From Salisapilia sapeloensis CBS 127946 (Eukaryota > Protista > Oomycota): a stretch of 61,730 nt of DNA. Of the stretch, positions 55,740 through 61,730 are shown piece by piece. Every line of letters begins with the position of its first letter. The first letter of the stretch is position 1. Under the pieces are notes generated by a model that had not been told where the DNA came from, searched no databases, and saw only the letters and a program-made list of their open reading frames with translations. The stretch spans positions 1 to 61,730 of the forward strand of contig JAADVB010000096.1 in NCBI GenBank assembly GCA_023334545.1, read 5' to 3'. The translations under genes were made by a program, and so were the position numbers.

Positions 55740-58700
55740 TTGTACGCTTGAAGGCTTATTCTAGCTGCGTAGCAGGTACGGTAATGAAGTGGCTGTTGGC
55801 AAATGCACGAAAATCACGTTTTATGCGTGAAATGGAGTACACGAGATCGGATCATATGGCTCATGATCGCGATGGAACTTCATGCACGAACTCTACAGTT
55901 ATACTGGGCTTAAGCAGGCGTGAGACGAGCGACTCCGAGCTCCGAGCCAGTGGCTCTATACACCTGCCCATTATCGTTTCAAACAAAATATCGAACCTCC
56001 AACAACACGTGATGCATCGTGCGGTAAGATGAGCTGCAAATTGCCGCTCTATTATTCAATAAAAGCTCTTTCGTACACATCAATGGCAATTCTACATGAT
56101 GTATCACGAGTGGCAAGAGAAAAGAGCTCGCGACCTCTGAATATGGGACACCATCAGGAACGCTTCAGACAGATCTGCTGGCCGTGACATCTACGGCACC
56201 GCATCTGTAGTAGATCACAAAGATTGATTCAGCTAAGCTCCGTCTGCATTCAAACCAACACTGGCTCTAAGGTAGTACGATTCCAAAGCGGAAAGCTCAA
56301 AGTAAAAACGTTCTACATAAAGAAAGCCATGTCGGTAAAGCCTGAAGGAAGTTGATTGATAAAGAAATGTGACACCTCCGTTGTTTGCTCTTGCACTAGT
56401 AAAATGAAAAGATAAGTGAGAGAGAAAACTCTTTCAGGATATTTAGTGCGCTTGGAATATGCTGATGAATATTACACAGTAGTGAAAAAAGGATTGACGT
56501 ATGCGACCTATTATCACTGCGTTTCAGTTCGCAAGTGCGCAGGAAGACACCTTCATATTTCTTAGCAATCACTTGTAGATACAAGTAAGCGTTTTACTAG
56601 TTGTATGGGACCACTAGGATATGGAGATGACATCCACACACAAATGTGTGCATCCATGCGGCTAAAGCGTTTCTACATTTGTGGTGGCTGTTGGCACGCA
56701 GACGAGCGAGCAGATTACCACATCATGCATGCACTGGAAAGTTGCAATGGGTCTCCGGTCTCTCTGCTTACATGCCTGCGTCCCAAAGGTAAACAGCATT
56801 GCAAGAGATCTATTTCTTTAATTGATATGACTACGAAGCAAACGCAACCATCCTGTGCTATTTGTGACCAAGATAAAAAAATTATCACCGATTACTGAGT
56901 GATCACGTTCAATTAGCTGGAAATAGAAATTTCATGATCAGTTCTCTACAATTGAAGGATACATAAATCAATCTGACCAGCAACTGCTCGCAAGATACAT
57001 ACTCTTCTCATCTTTCCTTGTGTGATCGTGTAGCCTTCCAACCACACATCCAAGCCTTCTTGATAGTTTGTTGACCGATTCGTCAGGATAACGGCCGCAT
57101 CGGCTTTATACGCAGTGTTCATCATCAGTTTACTACAGAATAGTCTTCTGAATTTCAGCGGCCAAAGCACAAATTTATGTGCACTGAATGGTTGCAAGTA
57201 TACACTTGCTTATCCACGCTCCGCCCGAGAGGCAATTCATCACTAAGAACGGTTGATCTCAACATCGGACCTTATAGAGCACACTAGTGGTATCCCTTCA
57301 GTCGAATGACTCCGGCGGGACCGAGCATACACCTCACTAATTTGCAAAATGTTTGAGGCCACAGGAAGTGGGCTCCAAGGGTCGAGGTGCTATAACTGAC
57401 TGTTAGTATACCTTCGCCTTTGCAACAAAAAAGATTGCAGGTGCAGTATACGCCTGTAGTACCTAAAATCACATTCTTGGATCTGAAGAAAGACATATCA
57501 AACATAATTGATCGATGCCAGAGCTCGTGTTCAGGTATTTCGGTAAACTGTTTGTCACGTTGCATCAAACGGTTAGCTACTCTATTTGCAGCTGAAGCTT
57601 ACAAGTACCAAGTTACCATCGAGATCAAGCCCAAGATACCCAAGTACATTGTATTGCAAAAATGTAATGAGCTTCATCGGAGCGCTTCAAAAATCAAGTA
57701 CGCTCATTCGTGCAACCGTAATGCCATACTTTGCATGTTGTGCTGATTAGATTTGTGGTAGAATGATCGGGTAGGATGTAAGCAGAGAAAATATTGACAA
57801 CTTGGCTGACCTGATGATGAGAGACCAAAAAAGCAAAGTGGATCAAATCAAAGCAGACCGCCACATCCGTCTAATGCGCACAAAGAATCTTCGCATGGAC
57901 GTTGAAATCGAAGTTGTATCATGGAGCTTTTTTATCGAGGCTCGAATTTCTATAGTTAGCTTCTCGACTGCCGTACTCGTTCGATCGGAAATAACCGCAA
58001 CTAAATAGAGGAATATGCATTCTAGAAAGACGTACTATTATGCCATATGCATGTACGCAGCTCTCCTTTTTGTCTTGTGCTACAGTTTCTATACCCAGAA
58101 GCAGTCACTGATGCCTACTGGTCCTAAGAGCAAAGCCAATGCGCCATAAAACGGACTAAAGAGCAAATCTCATTATTACAGAAAACTTGCATCCACAAGC
58201 AGTTGCAAATCGAGACGCCTATGAAAGATTCCAAGAAGCTACATCCCGATAGAGTGTAGTCGCACTGGACAATATCATAACGTGTTCCGTTCGTGAATGA
58301 TGCAAGCGTGATACGGTAGCTTTACCACGGCTATGCAGTTCATACGCAGCAAAACATTTTCGTACTCTTTAGCTAAGCGTGCTAACTCCTGTACGATGTC
58401 AAAGTCTATGTAAGCAACAACGCAACTTCGACAAGACCATTCTTATTGAAAATGCTCAACAAGAGTTGGGGCTGCTTCGAACGTACATAAGAACTAAAAC
58501 CTTTTCACAACCTCCAAACTACACTGTCTAAAGCATCACATTCGCAATGTTAGTTCTTACAGCACCACAACGAAGCCTGAATCCGAAACCAAATAGGTGC
58601 ACGCTCATTATGAGAACTGGACATACATGTATTCTACACCTTGCTCTTCATAAACTGAAGATTCTGCGATATATGTTCAGGGATCTATCGCATCCTTGTG

Positions 58701-58849
58701 CCTCAAAAACCAATTCTTTGAGACAATGGTTCCATTAAGTAAAATAATCATGCATCAAACTACTAGAAACAAGGAGTAGCTCGAGGGTACGCCGGGTAGC
58801 TATTTACTCTCTAGAAAAGATCTCAAAAAGTAGAACGTGTAGGGATCAC

Positions 58850-61730
58850 GTGTATAGACTGAAAACAAACATGGTCTTGTTTGTATCAACTGTTGTAAGG
58901 CGTTAAAAAATTAAACAGACAGCATAATCAAAACACACAAATAACCTCGTAAGTAGACAAAGTTCGTTTCACGTCCTACCTAGGTTGTACCATCCAATCT
59001 ACATGCGACAGAAAAGCACCAAAACAACAATTTATACGCTTTACAACTGTCAGTTTTTTTTTAAAAATTGTAAAAGATACGACAGGCTGTCCCTCTAATT
59101 TTAAGACAACTAAATTGATCTCACAATTTTTTTTGTTGCGACAAGACATAGAAAACAAAGCATCCGCATATATATATACAAGCATAAAAATTAAAAAAAT
59201 ACTAATTTTATTTATTATTAAAAGTCTGGTAGTATTCCACAGCATGACACTAATTACTTTAGGCAGTAAAAAAGTTGTAAATGTAGACTCTAGTTTAAAA
59301 GTGAATAATAGCATATTCAGACAAATTTAAAAATGCAATGAAGAAACTCAACAAACTATTTAGCTGAAACAATGACGTTAAGGCATCACAAAGTACATTT
59401 TAAATGTGTTATTGCACATATAACGAAGTTCACAATCTTAAGAAATACCAAAATTAAAAGAACATAATCAAAGCATGCACAGTGGCTGTCATACATTATA
59501 AACATATATGAAAACATAGCCTGCATTAATAATTCTTTATCGTTGCTTTGTATAATGTTTAAATAACATGTAGATAAATTCTTTTAAAAAATCAATCAAA
59601 AAGATCATTACTTAAAAAATTTCCAAACAGATAAACAAAATAAATTTTTATGACTTTCTGGCTAGCTTGAAAAAACTTTTTTTGTTTTGATGTTTACTTA
59701 AATCGTTGAACGATAAATTTTATAAAGATTCTTTCACATAATATATATTAAAGTATACATAAACAAACAAAATGCCATATTAAATAAAATCTTTGTGTAG
59801 AATGCCAAAATGCTGTATATGTTTTTATTATCTTTTACAATGATAAAATTTTTTTAAAACACACGCGAAAGTTTGGATACTCAAAATTGCTTTATATAAA
59901 CAATGATTTAAATATAATAGTGTAGTTATATAAATACGAAAGATGAGTACACTCTGTTTAAGCTAGATTAGTTTAATTATTTATAGATTCATATTTTTTT
60001 TTTTACTTTGTTGATATTCATCAAGTACTAGCGAGCATTGTTATAATTCTAAACCTAAAAATTTTTGTTGTAACTAGGAAAAAGAATTCAAATAAAGTTG
60101 TTTTATAATCGTCTGATGATCATAAAAGTATTAGCCTAAAAATTGAACATTATTATGTATTAAATAAAGCATTAACTTATAAAAAATTCAGTCGTTTATA
60201 ATCTAGAGTACTAGCATCTGTTTTTTTATCGTAAACCCATCTAAAGCCTTTTATAGAATCGAAATAAAACTATAACAAAAAATTAATTTGTGCGGTAAAT
60301 CGTGTATGTTGTTGACACGTGTCCTAAATTTACATGTTTGTAATACTTTAATGTAAAGTTAGATAGAACAAATAAGTAAAGTTTTGATCTACTATTCAAT
60401 AGTTATCTTAAGAATGACATGTATAAGCTTTGCAACAAAAAAATTGTATTTGTTATAACGATTAAAAACGCTTTCTTTTATATTTGTTATCTGATACAAT
60501 TTAAAAAGTTTAAAATAATTTTCTAATCGCTTATAAGAATACGAATTATTTTATTATTTAAAGTTAATCTTAAATATAGCTTATTTTTGTTGGAAGAAAT
60601 CTAGATTAAATAGATATATAAGATACTTTTGAGTTAAAATTTTTTTTAAGACATAATGTAAGACAAATTCTGTAATAGCTTTATGAAACTGGTTTTATAT
60701 GTTTACATTTAAATTTGCTATGCGTTAAAGTTTTTTGTACGTTTTACTGAATATTTGACACATACAAAAAAGTAAAGAATTATAAAGTTAAGTAATTTAA
60801 ATATATGGTTTTATTTATATTAGGTTCGGTTTGGAATATGCAAATTGGTGTGTATGTCTTTCTTTTATCATTTTCACGTTAACGTGTATTTCTAGTCATT
60901 TTTTGTTACTTAATAACTGTTTATTATATAAGTCGTGTGTACAACTGTGTGTTTATCAAATTTAAATGTTTTTATCGATGTTTTATACGCCATTGAAACA
61001 TGTGCCTTTTATGTTGTTTTTAATAAAGGATGAAAGATGTAAGGTGTTTAACTTTAAACCTTTTGGTTGTATTAGGTCATTTGCAAGTGTTTAGAAAATC
61101 AAACTTTTTGTGTAAAATTAGTTTTATAGCAGCTCTTAATTTTTGATATGTTTTTATTTTATATTAGATTTGCTTGTATAATCTGCAAACGTTTTGCATT
61201 AAGCTTTTAATTTGAAGAAATATTCTATTTCAACAAAACTTATTTTAAACAAATGCAACTCATTTGTGTTTAGAAATACGATTTGCTACAAGTTGGCTAA
61301 AAATAGTTTCTGTATTAAAAAGTGCGTGGACGCTGTTGTAATTGAAATAGTTTTGCGATTTGTTTCTGTTTTGCACATATTCTATTATGTCTACAGTTAT
61401 TTTTACGCTATCTTGTATACGTATATAGACCCTTTTTTGTTATAATGTAATGATATGTAGCAGTTTACAATATTTCTCAGTATAGCATGGATACGTACGG
61501 TATATAAAAATAAGCTTTTGTCAACCCAAGTAGTGAGTTTAGCAACTAATCAAGACTTGTTAACATTATGTATTGTATTTAAAATGATGTTAAAGTCACC
61601 GAATTTGATTATGCTTTTGTTGGTACAAGCGGTAGTTTGTTTGAAAAATAAGGCTCTAAAGATACGATTTAAAGCAGTATGGTTGATTTCATCGCTTATA
61701 GTGTTAGATGTGTTAACGTTTGCCATAGAA
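58850..61730. other. AT-rich degenerate block, probably decayed transposon DNA
   Basis: Visibly much more AT-rich than the genic DNA (roughly three-quarters A+T by eye), dense stop codons in all frames, only short ORFs; weak pol-like motif ghosts on the minus strand. Confidence 0.6.

Noticed and set aside
59790-59825. KTYTAFW as an RT KTAF motif
   Set aside because: About 370 nt from the DYKRLN-like motif versus ~165 nt expected; likely chance.
1-61730. CRISPR arrays, rRNA, spliceosomal snRNAs, telomerase template (CCCTAAA) or telomeric repeats
   Set aside because: None seen on reading; a covariance-model scan would be needed to exclude divergent ncRNAs.

Overview
Gene-dense (~50% GC) eukaryotic window that reads as an oomycete/stramenopile genome. 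Support: very short GT-AG introns of ~35-60 bp, a stramenopile mastigoneme-type EGF protein and an oomycete-type receptor-like TKL kinase. It holds about 30 protein genes (WDR55, guanylate kinase, Acinus, HEATR6, NOG1, BCS1-like AAA, kelch, SWIB, PI4K, two GNATs, CCT7, ApaG, malic enzyme, OTU, DPP-IV-like peptidase, ankyrin-RING, F-box/LRR, a family-16 methyltransferase, PTPMT1, KDSR) and two tRNAs (Gln-CTG, Ile-TAT). Accessory DNA lies at ~17.1-24.2 kb, ~31.9-33.3 kb and beyond 55.8 kb. Main observations: (1) an AT-rich terminal block (>58.9 kb) where TC/CC appears depleted relative to AC, suggesting context-specific C-to-T decay of old TE DNA; (2) two 5'-truncated copies of one LINE family, each with a 16-bp TSD; (3) two unrelated foldback elements, one present at two loci; (4) unusual domain fusions, namely CATIP/RIIa-like plus guanylate kinase and a probable spliced PH-FYVE-like-PI4K. 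All calls are by eye from the sequence and the ORF track; no searches were run.
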